This document shows positions 35,598-47,592 of a DNA stretch of 64,000 nucleotides, piece by piece (position 1 is the first letter of the stretch; every line of letters starts with the position of its first letter). The stretch is taken from positions 496,001 to 560,000 of the forward strand of contig NW_027362082.1 of assembly GCF_039654945.1 (NCBI RefSeq). Reading direction: 5' to 3'. The notes beneath the pieces were generated by a model. The model was not told where the DNA came from, did not search any database, and saw only the letters and a program-made list of their open reading frames with translations. The position numbers and the translations under genes are program-made. The DNA comes from Dendrobates tinctorius. Its lineage: Eukaryota.

Positions 35598-36889
35598 TCC
35601 TATAGTGTACTATATTGAAAGCTGTCATGGAGGCATAAGGCTGGCAATGATGGGCATTGTGGGTAATAGCAAGTATCATGCCTCATTCGTCTCTTGGAAC
35701 ATACACGACATCTTCTCTGGGTGTTCTTTCTTGTTTCAGTTACTGAGATGAGTGCAATAAAATGTCGCTCAGTGAGTCTTCTGACATCAGATTCTAAAGG
35801 ATTGGCAGGGACAACATTTTCAAAAACAAGATTTTCAGTGATCTTTTCCTGGTAATCAAAACCATTTTTCCAGATGTCCCCAGATAAGTAGGGCATCCTG
35901 GTGGGTTTAGTTGGCTGTCTTTCCCCTCATAAATGTGAAATGCTGATGTGTATCCGGTTGAACTCTCGCACATTTTATAGAGCTTTATTCCGAACCTTGC
36001 CCTCTTAGAAGGAATAAATTGCTTGAGGTGCAGTCTTCCTTTGAATTTTACAAGGGACTCATCAATGGAAATGTTTTCTGTTGGGGTGTAGAGCTATAAG
36101 AACTTTTCTGTCAAGTATTCGATGATGGGTCTGATTTTGAATAGTCTGTCATGTTCTGGGACATCTCTGGGCAGGCATTGACTATTGACGTTAAAATGCC
36201 AAAATCTCATGAGCATTTCATAACGGGTCCTAGGAAGAATGGCAGAAAACATAGTGGTGGCTTGAACAGGGCGGTTGGACAAATAGGACTGAATGATCGT
36301 TTTTTAACAAGCCCCATAGCGAATGTAAGTCCTAAAAATGTTTTAATTTCTAGGACATTAGTTGGTTCCATAAATTTGACCTAGCATAATAGGATCGTGG
36401 ATTCTGGCTGATGAATTTGGACGCATATAAATTTGTAGGACAATATGCTCTTGCAAGCTATCTGTCATAAACAAATTAAAAAAATTAATTGGTCCAAAAT
36501 TTTCCACCTCCACATTTATACCAGGAGTGGCATTAAAATTAGGGATGAATGGAGTAGCCGAATCCGAAGCCTCCCTTCTGAGAAATGCTACATCAAGAGG
36601 CAAAGCCCCTTGGACATTGGTGTGCGCCAATTCGCGAGCACTAGGGACAACGCTAGTACTGGGCATTGTTCCCTGAGTTGGTGACATTTCTCCAGAAGCG
36701 CTATTTGTCCTTCTTGTTGTACTGGTCCTTGTGTGAGGATGGACCAGAATCACTGCTCATTTCTGAGCTATCACTGTGGCTGCTAATAAAGCCCTCGCCA
36801 TCCTCATCGCCATCTGACACTGCACTTTCTTCACTGTCAGAACATAAAAGTGCATAAGCCTCCTCTGCACTATAAAACTGACGGGCCAT
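35598..36889 (-). pseudogene. Degenerate piggyBac transposase, internally deleted
   Basis: MARQFYSAEEAYALL, DRLFKIRPII, IDESLVKFKGRL..FGIKLYKMCES, QRRCRVCSK; the region with the 2nd and 3rd Asp is missing; frameshifts. Confidence 0.9.
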
Positions 36890-36995
36890 TTTATTCGTTT
36901 TTATTTTTTTTCCCGTAAGTAGAAAACTACGACGTGACTGATGTGACCTAATTATTGGGGAGACAATTGAGAAAAGCCTAATTCTTTAGCCTACC

Positions 36996-37862
36996 TGTTA
37001 TGAACAGGTCACCGAGGAGGATGGCAGGAATAGGCTAGGCCACCAGAAAACCAGAAAGGTTGGTCACTTAGCGGATTGCAGATCCCTAGTCCTAACAACA
37101 CAACTAACAGCAGCCGTGGAGCGTACCTATGATACCCTTGATGCCTTGGCACAGCCGGAGAGCTAGCAAAGCCTAAAGCAAGAAAGGTGAAATCTAAACT
37201 GCCCTGGAGTAGACCCCAAAGGAATAGATAGCCCCCAAACATATATCGTCGGTGAGACAAGATAAAACACAAACGCAGGCAGAAAATAGACTGAGCAAAT
37301 AATGGGGCCCAAGCTGGCTAGATAGGATAGGATAGGAAAGGAAAGACACTGTCTGCAATCACGCAAAAAACCCTGAAAAATCCAACATGTCTGATGTACA
37401 AAAAAACACTGAGGTCTCACGACCTCGCCCCCACTATATCAGCTTTCTGATATGAACTGGAAGCAAAGCAAAAGAGACTAATATAACAGGGGATTGAACA
37501 AACTGACACAAGCTGTAACATATGGAGCGGTGGTCTCTTACAGCCCCCAGCAGGGAGCAAGCTGAACCCTCACAACAAGCAGAAAGAGACAAAACCAGAT
37601 CAGATGCAAAGGATTAGCACATGAACAACTTAGCTGAACATTGCAGGATCAGGGCAGGAGACATCAGACCTCAGAATGCACAGGAAAGCAATCATCACCC
37701 GGGATTGAAGGAAGTCTGCTGACTTAAATACTCTAATCAGTAACCCCAGATCTCCAATCGTCATCATCATCAGGTGGCAGACCTCTGTCAATCCGGCCAG
37801 CTCCACTACCTCCAGTAACCACCAGAGGGAGCCCTGACCCAGAAGTAAGAGAATTCACAATA
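36996..37862 (-). mobile_element. Solo LTR, 6-bp TSD CCTACC
   Basis: TGTTATGAA...TTCACAA(T/C)A; CCTACC on both sides; duplicate at 46244-47099. Confidence 0.9.
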
Positions 37863-37930
37863 CCTACCCCTAACTTTAGAATAAACCCTAACTTTAGCCC
37901 AACAGTAACCCTAACTTTAACCCTAACTAT

Positions 37931-38498
37931 CCTATAAAGAGAGCACGGCACTCAGGAATAGTTTGGTTGTTGGTGCTCAAGTCGGATATCCAACCCATCA
38001 ATCAAAAATGACAAAAATCTTGGCACTCAATATGTGAAATATTCAGACACTTATTTTGTGCATCCAGACAGAAAGGTTTAAACGTTTTCAGTCTTACACA
38101 CAGGGCAGCCAGACCACGGACCAGGGCTTCACCAGTGCAATTCAATTCTAGAGGTTGTATAACCACTGCTATCAGTGCTGTCTTCACTCCTTATTTTAGT
38201 GACCCTAGAGGTCCTTTTTCTGAAGCCCTACGCTGTACAGCTGCCTGTTCTAATTTTGGACGGCTCAGTCCACATACGCTTTCCAGACGCCAGCCATTTA
38301 ACATTTCCACTGGCCATCCAGGCTCTCTACTTTGTCCTTCTTTTGGCTACCATTGGAAGGATTTATTTATTTCAGTAAACGAGATTTTTCTGATGAAGGT
38401 CCTATGCTGGACTGAAAACGTTTAAACCTTTCTGTCTGGATGCACAAAATAAAAGTGTCTGAATATTTCACATATTGAGTGCCAAGATTTTTGTCATT
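37931..38498 (+). mobile_element. Penelope-like insertion with 15-bp TSD, ~90-bp inverted repeat and hammerhead-like motif
   Basis: TTTAACCCTAACTAT at 37916-37930 and 38499-38513; absent from copy B (~47153); inverted arms ~38004-38093/38410-38500; CTGATGAAGGTCC..GGACTGAAAACGTTT at 38390-38423. Confidence 0.75.
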
Positions 38499-39738
38499 TT
38501 TAACCCTAACTATAGCACTAACCCTAACCTGCCTTAGTTGTTTTTTTACTTTATAGCACAATCGCTGACTGACACAGCTGGTGCCAGCAGCACTTGTAAC
38601 ACTGTTTCTCCTCTAATCTCTCACTGACAGGAGATCTGAGGAGAAACAGTGTTTTTATGATGCAGATTGCCCGGGAAAGTTCGCTGCTACAACAAACTTT
38701 CCTAGTGATTTGTCTCGTTGCCTGGTGTGATGCTGACATCATAAGGACCTGAACCAACCAGGTCTCAATGAGGTCGAGGGTCACAGGATACGTTGTGCGC
38801 TGGAATCCCCTCGTTATAAGGTACATGGGGGCCTGATGAGCACAAAACCGCCGACCGTAGATAAACGTCAGTGCTGCACAAAGCCCTGCTAGCGCCGACA
38901 TTTATGTACTATTGGTGGTCACAAAGCGGTTAAGTTAAAGGCACCATAATTTCTGTCCAGGCCTAATTCATGAGTTTTATTTTTTTTAAAGTACTGTGGA
39001 AGCATGGTTGAAAAGCAATATCTGACTTTCATTTGCTTCAAGTTATTTCTGTGACCATTGTGGGTTTATCTGTCAGTAAACGAGGGGTTCCAACAATTTT
39101 GACCACGTGTGTAGGAGTGAATATTTTGACTCCACAGCCTCTTTCTGGAAATTAACACGCAGTGGATGTTGGAGAGTGAAAATTACACATTTGCCATTTT
39201 CTTACCCAGCACATAGTGCCCAGATTGTGCTCCAGGAGACACACACCAAAAATTAAGTGGGTTCTTCTCACTATAATATTGCTGAATACAGGGATCCTAA
39301 ATGTTGTTGGCGCACACTGCAAGACTCCGAAGTGAGAGCGGATTTTGCTGGATTGGTTTATAGAAACCTTGTTGCTTTTCAACAGCCTTTGGGCCACTAA
39401 TAGTGTGGGAACCTCTGTTTTTCCACTGACAGATGATGGACCCGAGTGGGGACTTGTTTTTGTGAGATGAGAATTGGTATTATTTTCGCCTACATAACAT
39501 TGATTGGTTTCTTTTTATTTGATATTTGGGAGGCAGAATGAACAAACAGTTGAACACCGCACACTACTGGCTCATCCAACAAGGTTTTCTATTAGACTGT
39601 GAACTGTCATTGTCTTGGTAAATAATTAAAGTTTTTACATAAACTGTCCATAAAAATGGCAAGCTAAGTAGAAATGTTCAAAAATATAAAACTCAAGGAT
39701 ATTTTATTAATAAGTAATAATTGTTTTTATCTTAGCAG

Positions 39739-40541
39739 ATGACTGTACCAGGAGATCAGAGGGACAGCTGACATATTCAACTTTTAAATCGGATGATCTT
39801 GAGATCCTACAAGCTACAACTGAAGTGATTGCTATTACTCCAGATATATCATCATCCATTCACAGCAAAGATCTGTCATCTGATCCTATGAAACAGGTCC
39901 CATCTTCTGATTCATTACTGACTACTAAGGAAAATCAAAGTAAAAAAAGAGGCAATAAAAAACAAACTGCTCCTAAAGCAAAGAAGTCATTTTCCTGTTC
40001 AGAATGTGCGAAATGTTTTGCACATAAATCACTGCTTGTTACTCACCATAGAACTCACACAGGAGAGAAGCCTTTTTCCTGTTCAGAATGTGGGAAATGT
40101 TTTAACCAGAAAGGGAATCTTGATGATCACCAAAGAACCCACACAGGAGAGAAGCCTTTTTCATGTACAGAATGTGGGAAACGTTTTAACCGGAAATCAG
40201 ATTTGGTTAATCACCATAGAACTCACACAGGGGAGAAGCCTTTTTCCTGCTCAGAATGTGGGAAATGTTTTAACCATAAAGGGAATCTTGTTAAACACCA
40301 AAGAATTCACACAGGCGAAAAGCCTTTTTCATGTTCAGAATGTGGGAAATGTTTTGCACGTAAATCACATTTTGTTAGCCACCAGAGAGCTCACACAGGA
40401 GAGAAGCCATATTCATGTTCAGAATGTGGGAAATGTTCTAAACGGAAAGCTCTTCTTGTTAGACATCGGAGCAGTCACAGAGTAGAAGCCTTTTTCATTT
40501 TCTTAATGTGGGAAATATTTTACTTGGAAATCAACTGTTAA
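39739..40541 (+). CDS. C2H2 zinc-finger terminal exon of gene 2 (6 fingers, then degenerate)
   Basis: Acceptor TTAGCAG 39732-39738; [16 protein letters not shown] repeats; unreachable in frame from the damaged upstream exons as assembled. Confidence 0.85.
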
Positions 40542-40595
40542 TAAATATCAGAGACGTCACATAGGGGAGAAGCCTTTTTTATGTTCATAGCAGGG

Positions 40596-41384
40596 TGTTA
40601 TGAATGAGTCACCGTAGGAGGCAAAAACAGAAATACTAGCTAAGTCCAGAAAACCAGAGAAGTTGGCAGCTATCGGATTGCAGACCCCTGAACCTATCAA
40701 CAACAACTAGCAGTAGCTGTGGGGGGTTCCTACGGTGCCCTAGACCCCTCGATCACAGCCGGAGAACTAAATAACCTAAAGACAGAAAGGGAAATCTAAA
40801 CTGCCCCAGAGCAGACCCCAAAGCAATAGGCAGCCCCCAACATATAATGACGGTGAAGCAAGATGAAAAAACACTCACACAGATAGAAAGATAGGCTGAG
40901 CAAATGATGGGGCCCAAGCTAACTAAATTGGACAGGATAGAAAAGCTGCTGTCTGCAATCCACCAAAACCCTATCAAAACAAGAGCCAACAGACTGATAG
41001 GGAAAAAAGCCCTGAAGACGCTAGGCTTCAAAAGACTGTATCAGTACTCAGGTATTTTCTGAAGACAGAGCAAAAAGGAATTCAGCTCACCCCAGCAGGG
41101 AATGGCAGAATTCCAGAAAAACAAGGCAAAACAAAACCAAAACACAAATGCAAAAAGCAGAGCAGAAAACTTAACTTTTGAGGAGCAGGAATCAGACTGG
41201 TCTCCTAGAATCCCTCTGAGAAATCACTAGCAAGGCAGAAGGACGTCGGCTGCCTTATATCCAGTCAGCAATTCCAGTCACCATCATCCTGCTCAGGTGC
41301 TTGGTAATCAGCCTCACTACCTTCCTTCACAGAAGAGGGAGTTCATCAGACCTCAATGGTGAAGGGGAAAATTAACTCACAACA
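40596..41384 (-). mobile_element. Solo LTR, 6-bp TSD GCAGGG
   Basis: TGTTATGAA...CTCACAACA; close to 19124-19945. Confidence 0.9.
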
Positions 41385-41405
41385 GCAGGGCTGTTGAGTC
41401 GGTAA

Positions 41406-41648
41406 GGCCTGTTTCACACTTCCGTTTTTGTGTCCGCCAAACGGATCCGTTTCCGTTTTTTTGACGGAAACTGATGCAAACGGATCCGTTTTTTTAAAAA
41501 CGGATCCGTTTTTTTGACGGATCCGCGGTAACCGTAATGGAAGTCTATGGGACAAAAAAACGGATCCTGCAAAAAATGGCGGATCCGTTTTTTTACGGAA
41601 AACAACGGATTTTGACGGATTTGAAAAAACGGAAGTGTGAAACAGGCC
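41406..41648. mobile_element. Harbinger/PIF MITE
   Basis: TAA|GGCCTGTTTCACACTTCCG ... CGGAAGTGTGAAACAGGCC|TAA; ACGGATCCGT internal palindromes. Confidence 0.9.
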
Positions 41649-41891
41649 TAAGCCAAACCTGCGACTCCGACTCCTCAATTTCCCTTACACCGACTCCAAC
41701 TCCCACATATATTGCTTATATTTAAGTGAAAAATTTATTGTTGTACAATGTGAACAACAGACATTTAATCATTTCTATGATCCAATAATCAAGATATGTA
41801 GATAGAACATAATATCTATTTATTGGAATACAACTTTATAACACAAAAAACTAATAAATTGTAAATATGTAATACACTGTATACATGTATA

Positions 41892-43345
41892 CGGTACAGA
41901 CCAAAGTTTGGACACACCTCCTCATTCAAAGAGTTTTCTTTATTTTCATGACTATGAAAATTGTAGATTCATTCTGAAGGCATCAAAACAATGAATTAAC
42001 ACATGTGGAATTATATAATTAAAGTGTGAAACAACAGAAAATATGTCATATTCTAGATTCTTCAAAGTAGACACTTTTTGCTTTGATTATTGCTTTGCAC
42101 ACTCTTGGCATTCTCTTGATGAGCTTCAAGTGGTAGTCACCAGAAATGGTCTTCCAACAGTCTTGAAGGAGTTCCCAGAGATGCTTAGCACTTGTTGGCC
42201 CTTTGGCCTTCACTCTGTGGTCCAGCTCACCCCAAACCATCTCGATTGGGTTCAGGTCTGGTGACTGTGGAGGCCAGGTCATCTGGCGTAGCACCCCATC
42301 ACTCTCCTTCTTGGTCAAATAGCCCTTACACAGCCTGGAGGTGCGTTTGAGGCCATTGTCCTGTTGAAAAATAAATGATGGTCCAACTAAACACAAACCG
42401 GATGGTATAGCATGCCGCTGCAAGATGCTGTGGTAGCCATGCTGGTTCAGTATGCCTTCAATTTTGAATAAATCCCCAACAGTGTCACCAGCAAAGCACC
42501 CCCACACCATCACACCTCCTCCATGCTTCACGGTAGGAACCAGGCATGTAGAGTCCATCCGTTCACCTTTTCTGCGTCGTACAAAGACACGGTGGTTGGA
42601 ACCAAAGATCTCAAATTTGGACTCATCAGACCAAAGCACAGATTTCCACTGGTCTAATGTCCATTCCTTGTGTTCTTAGCCCAAACAAGTCTCTTCTGCT
42701 TGTTGCCTGTCCTTAGCAGTGGTTTCCTAGCAGCTATTTTACCATGAAGGCCTGCTGCACAAAGTCTCCTCTTAACAGTTGTAGAGATGTGTCTGCTGCT
42801 AGAACTCTGTGTGGCATTGACCTGGTCTCTAATCTGAGCTGCTGTTAACCTGCGATTTCTGAGGCTGGTGACTCGGATGAACTTATCCTCCGCAGCAGAG
42901 GTGACTCTTGGTCTTCCTTTCCTGGGGCGGTCCTCATGTGAGCCAGTTTCTTTGTAGCGCTTGATGGTTTTTGCCAATGCACTTGGGGACACTTTCAAAG
43001 TTTTCCCAATTTTTCAGACTGACTAACCTTCATTTCTTAAAGGAATGATGGCCACTCGTTTTTCTTTACTGCTTTTTTCTTACCATAATACAAATTCTAA
43101 CAGTCTATTCAGTAGGACTATCAGCTGTGTATCCACCAGACTTCTGCACAACACAACTGATGGTCCCAACCCCATTTATAAGGCAAGAAATCCCACTTAT
43201 TAAACCTGACAGGCCACACCTGTGAAGTGAAAACCATTTCCGGTGACTACCTCTTGAAGCTCATCAAGAGTGTGCAAAGCAGTAATCAAAGCAAAAGGTG
43301 GCTACTTTGAAGAACCTAGAATATAAGACATATTTTCAGTTGTTT
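41892..43345 (-). mobile_element. Tc1 element, frameshifted DD34E transposase (~43086-42046), right TIR truncated
   Basis: LWSDESKFE, FQQDN, WPPQSPDLNPIEMVW; left end TA|CGGTACAGACCAAAGTTTGGACACACC. Confidence 0.9.
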
Positions 43346-44847
43346 TATAAAAGGGGGGTTAAGAGAAGAAATAATACTCGCATGCATCTGTATTGGCTTA
43401 TGACAGGTCGCTGATCCCTCACTGACCTGCCCCCATTATTACATAATGCATATAATAGCATTGATATTATTGGTGATAATTTATTGGTGATAATGCCTAT
43501 AATATTGTGGTCATTGTGAGGCTTAGAAAAAAAATTACATCCAGCACAATGTCACCGGCGATGGCGGCGCCTGCACAGTAGTATCTATATCAACTATATA
43601 TATATATCAGCACAATTTTGGAAACAAAATTTTTTTCCTTAGGAAGTTATAAGGGTTAAAAGCTAAAGATAGGGTGCGCAGATCGCAAGCATCCATGTGC
43701 GATAGTAGGCGGTGATGACCGGATGGGGCGGGCAGGGAGTCGGCAGGGGGCGGGGCTTAGCGGCGCCGTGCGCTGCGTCGAATAAACTCTAGTGTGAAAC
43801 TAGCCTTAGCCTGTTGCTAGCCGCCATTTCACACCTGAGTGCTGATTTAGTGGGGGCGAGGTTGTGCTAACCTCAGTATTTTTGTGCTTCAGTCGTGTTG
43901 GAATTTTTAGGGTTTTTGCGTGATTGCAGACAGTGCCTTTTCTGTCCTGTCCTATCTAGTCAGTGTGGGCCCCATCATTTGATCAGTCTATTTTCTGTCT
44001 GTGTCTCATCTTGTCTCCCCGACAATATATGTTTGGGGGCTGTCTATTCCTTTGGGGATCTGCTCTGGGGCAGTTTAGATTTCACCTTTCTGTCTTTAGG
44101 CTTAGTTAGTCCTCCGGCTGTGACGAAGCGTCTAGGGCATCGTAGGAACGCTCCACGGCTACTGCTAGTTGTGTTAAGATCAGGGGTCTGCAATCCGCTG
44201 AGTGACCAACCTCTCTGGTGTTCTGGTGGCATAGCCTTTTGCGCTTTCCTCCTCGGTGACCCATTCATAACATAGATGAATTCGAAGAAGGGTGTCATTT
44301 CCAATTCCCACAGGGGAGTCATTTCCAAAATGGGGTCACTTCAGGGGGGGATTCTGCTGTTGTACTTTGGAGAGCCGCTAAGTTCCAGAACACCAGAATT
44401 TCCCCTGAAGTGACCCTTTTTGGAAATGACACCCCTCTGGGAATTCATCTATGGATATAGTGACCATTTTCACTACATGGATGATTTCTAGAAACTCATA
44501 GAAGAAGTTTCAGAGCAAAAATTGCAAAAATGTCATTGTAGTGCCCAATATATTGTGCCCAATTTGTGTCTCTGGAGACCTACCCCGGAAATTGTTAAAA
44601 GGAACCTGTCACCCCCTTCAGGCGTTTTTAAGTAAAAGAGCCACCTCCTGTATTTTGTCAAGCAGTGCATGGAAGTCCATAAATTAGTTCCATAAGAATT
44701 GATATATCAGCGGTCACTTGTTTGACCTTTGGACGTGCAGCAGCTGACTACTAATTGTACGTGCCTGATCTCTCCTGCAATAGGTGAGTGGATTTCTTTT
44801 ATATTTATTATTAACCCAGATAAGACCCTATTTGTGCTTTTTTGTTC

Positions 44848-46138
44848 CTATAGTGTACTATTTTGAAAGCTGTCATGGAGGCATAAGGCTGGCAATGATG
44901 GGCATTGTGGGTAATAATAGCGGGTATCATGCCTCATTCCTCTCTTGGAACATACACGACATCTTCTCTGGGGGTTCTTTCTTGTTTCAGTTACTGAGAT
45001 GAGTGCAATAAAATGTCGCTCAGTGAGTCTTCTGACATCAGATTCTAAAGGATTGGCGGGGACAACATTTTCAAAAACAAGATTTTCAGTGATCTTTTCC
45101 TGGTAATCAAAACCATTTTTCCAGATGTCCCCAGATAAGTAGGGCATCCTGGTGGGTTTAGTTGGCTATCTTTCCCCTCATAAATGTGAAAAGCTGATGT
45201 GTATCCGGTTGAACTCTCGCACATTTTATAGAGCTTTATTCCGAACCTTGTCCTCTTAGAAGGAATAAATTGCTTGAGGTGCAGTCTTCCTTTGAATTTT
45301 ACAAGGGACTCATCAATGGAAATGTTTTCTGTTGGGGTGTAGAGCTATAAGAACTTTTCTGTCAAGTCTTCGATGATGGGTCTGATTTTGAATAGTCTGT
45401 CATGTTCTGGGACATCTCTGGGCAGGCATTGACTATTGACGTTAAAATGCCAAAATCTCATGAGCATTTCATAACGGGTCCTAGGAAGAATGGCAGAAAA
45501 CATAGGGGTGGCTTGAACAGGGCGGTTGGACAAATAGGACTGAATGATCGTTTTTTAACAAGCCACATAGCGAATATAAGTCCTAAAAATGCTTTCATTT
45601 CTAGGACATTAGTTGGTTCCATAAATTTGACCTAGCATAATAGGATCGTGGATTCTGGCTGATGAATTTGGACGCATATAAATTTGTAGGACAATATGCT
45701 CTTGCAAGCTGTCATAAACAAATTAAAAAAATTAATTGGTCCAAAATTTTCCACCTCCACATTTATACCAGGAGTGGCATTAAAATTAGGGATGAATGGA
45801 GTAGCCGAATCCGAAGCCTCCCTTCTGAGAAATGCTACATCAAGAGGCAAAGCCCCTTGGACATTGGTGTGCGCCAATTCGCGAGCACTAGGGACAACGC
45901 TAGTACTGAGCATTGTTCCCTGAGTTGGAGACATTTCTCCAGAAGCGCTATTTGTCCTTCTTGTTGTACTGGTCCTTGTGTGTGAGGATGGACCAGAATC
46001 ACTGCTCATTTCTGAGCTATCACTGTGGCTGCTAATAAAGCCCTCGCCATCCTCATCGCCATCTGACACTGCACTTTCTTCACTGTCAGAACATAAAAGT
46101 GCATAAGCCTCCTCTGCACTATAATACTGGCGGGCCAT
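44848..46138 (-). pseudogene. Duplicate of the degenerate piggyBac transposase
   Basis: Near-identical to 35598-36889. Confidence 0.9.
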
Positions 46139-46243
46139 TTTATTCGTTTTTATTTTTTTTCCGTAAATAGAAAACTACGACGTGACTGACGTGACCTAAT
46201 TATTGGGGAGACAATTGAGAAAAGCTTAATTCTTTAGCCTACC

Positions 46244-47099
46244 TGTTATGAACAGGTCACCGAGGAGGATGGCAGGAATAGGCTAGGCCACCAGAAAACC
46301 AGAAAGGTTGGTCACTTAGCGGATTGCAGACCGCTAGTCCTAACAACACAACTAACAGCAGCCGTGGAGCGTACCTACAATACCCTTGATGCCTTGGCAC
46401 AGCCGGAGAGCTAGCTAAGCCTAAAGCAAGAAACGTGAAATCTAAACTGCTCTGGAGTAGACCCCAAAGGAATAGATAGCCCCCAAACATATATTGTCGG
46501 TGAGACAAGATGAAACACAAACACAGGCAGAAAATAGACTGAGCAAATGATGGGGCCCAAGCTGACTAGATAGGATAGGAAAGGAAAGACACTGCAATCA
46601 CGCAAAACCCTGAAAAATCCAACATGTCTGATGTACAAAAAAACACTGAGGTCTCACGACCTCGCCCCCACTATATCAGCATTCTGGTATGAACTGGAAG
46701 CAAAGCAAAAGAGACTAATATAACAGGGGACTGAACAAACTGACACAAGCTGTAACATATGGAGCGGTGGTCTCTTACAGCCCCCAGCAGGGAGCAAGCT
46801 GAACCCTCACAACAAGCAGAAAGAGACAAAACCAGATCAGATGCAAAGGATTAGCATATGAACAACTTAGCTGAACATTGTAGGATCAGGGCAGGAGACG
46901 TCAGACCTCAGAATGCACAGGAAAGCAATCATCACCAGGGATTGAAGGAAGTCTGCTGACTTAAATACTCCAATCAGTAACCCCAGATCTCCAATCGTCA
47001 TCATCATCAGGTGGCAGACCTCTGTCAATCCGGCCAGCTCCACTACCTCCAGTAACCACCAGAGGGAGCCCTGACCCAGAAGTAAGAGAATTCACAACA
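46244..47099 (-). mobile_element. Solo LTR (duplicate), TSD CCTACC
   Basis: TGTTATGAA...TTCACAACA. Confidence 0.9.
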
Positions 47100-47592
47100 C
47101 CTACCCCTAACTTTAGAATAAACCCTAACTTTAGCCCAACAGTAACCCTAACTTTAACCCTAACTATAGCACTAACCCTAACCTGCCTTAGTTGTTTTTT
47201 TACTTTATAGCACAATCGCTGACTGACACAGCTGGTGCCAGCAGCACTTGTAACACTGTTTCTCCTCTAATCTCTCACTGACAGGAGATCTGAGGAGAAA
47301 CAGTGTTTTTATGATGCAGATTGCCCGGGAAAGTTCGCTGCTACAACAAACTTTCCTAGTGATTTGTCTCGTTGCCTGGTGTGATGCTGACGTCATAAGG
47401 ACCTGAACCAACCAGGTCTCAATGAGGTCGAGGGTCACAGGATACGTTGTGCGCTGGAATCCCCTCGTTATAAGGTACATGGGGGCCTGATGAGCACAAA
47501 ACCGCCGACCGTAGATAAACGTCAGTGCTGCACAAAGCCCTGCTAGCGCCGACATTTATGTACTATTGGTGGTCACAAAGCGGTTAAGTTAA

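Larger units (their letters stand above)
33115..40590. repeat. Segmental duplication copy A (copy B ~43494-53583)
   Basis: Collinear high identity across LTRs, piggyBac pseudogene, intron and C2H2 exon. Confidence 0.92.
40591..41890. mobile_element. hAT-type MITE (CAGGGCTGT.GAGTCGG) carrying a nested LTR and Harbinger MITE
   Basis: Begins where copy A diverges from copy B after ATGTTCATAG; GACTCC repeats 41660-41705. Confidence 0.55.

Noticed and set aside
35598-36889. Second possible KRAB-piggyBac fusion within gene 2
   Set aside because: Transposase is antisense to gene 2, frameshifted and lacks two catalytic motifs.
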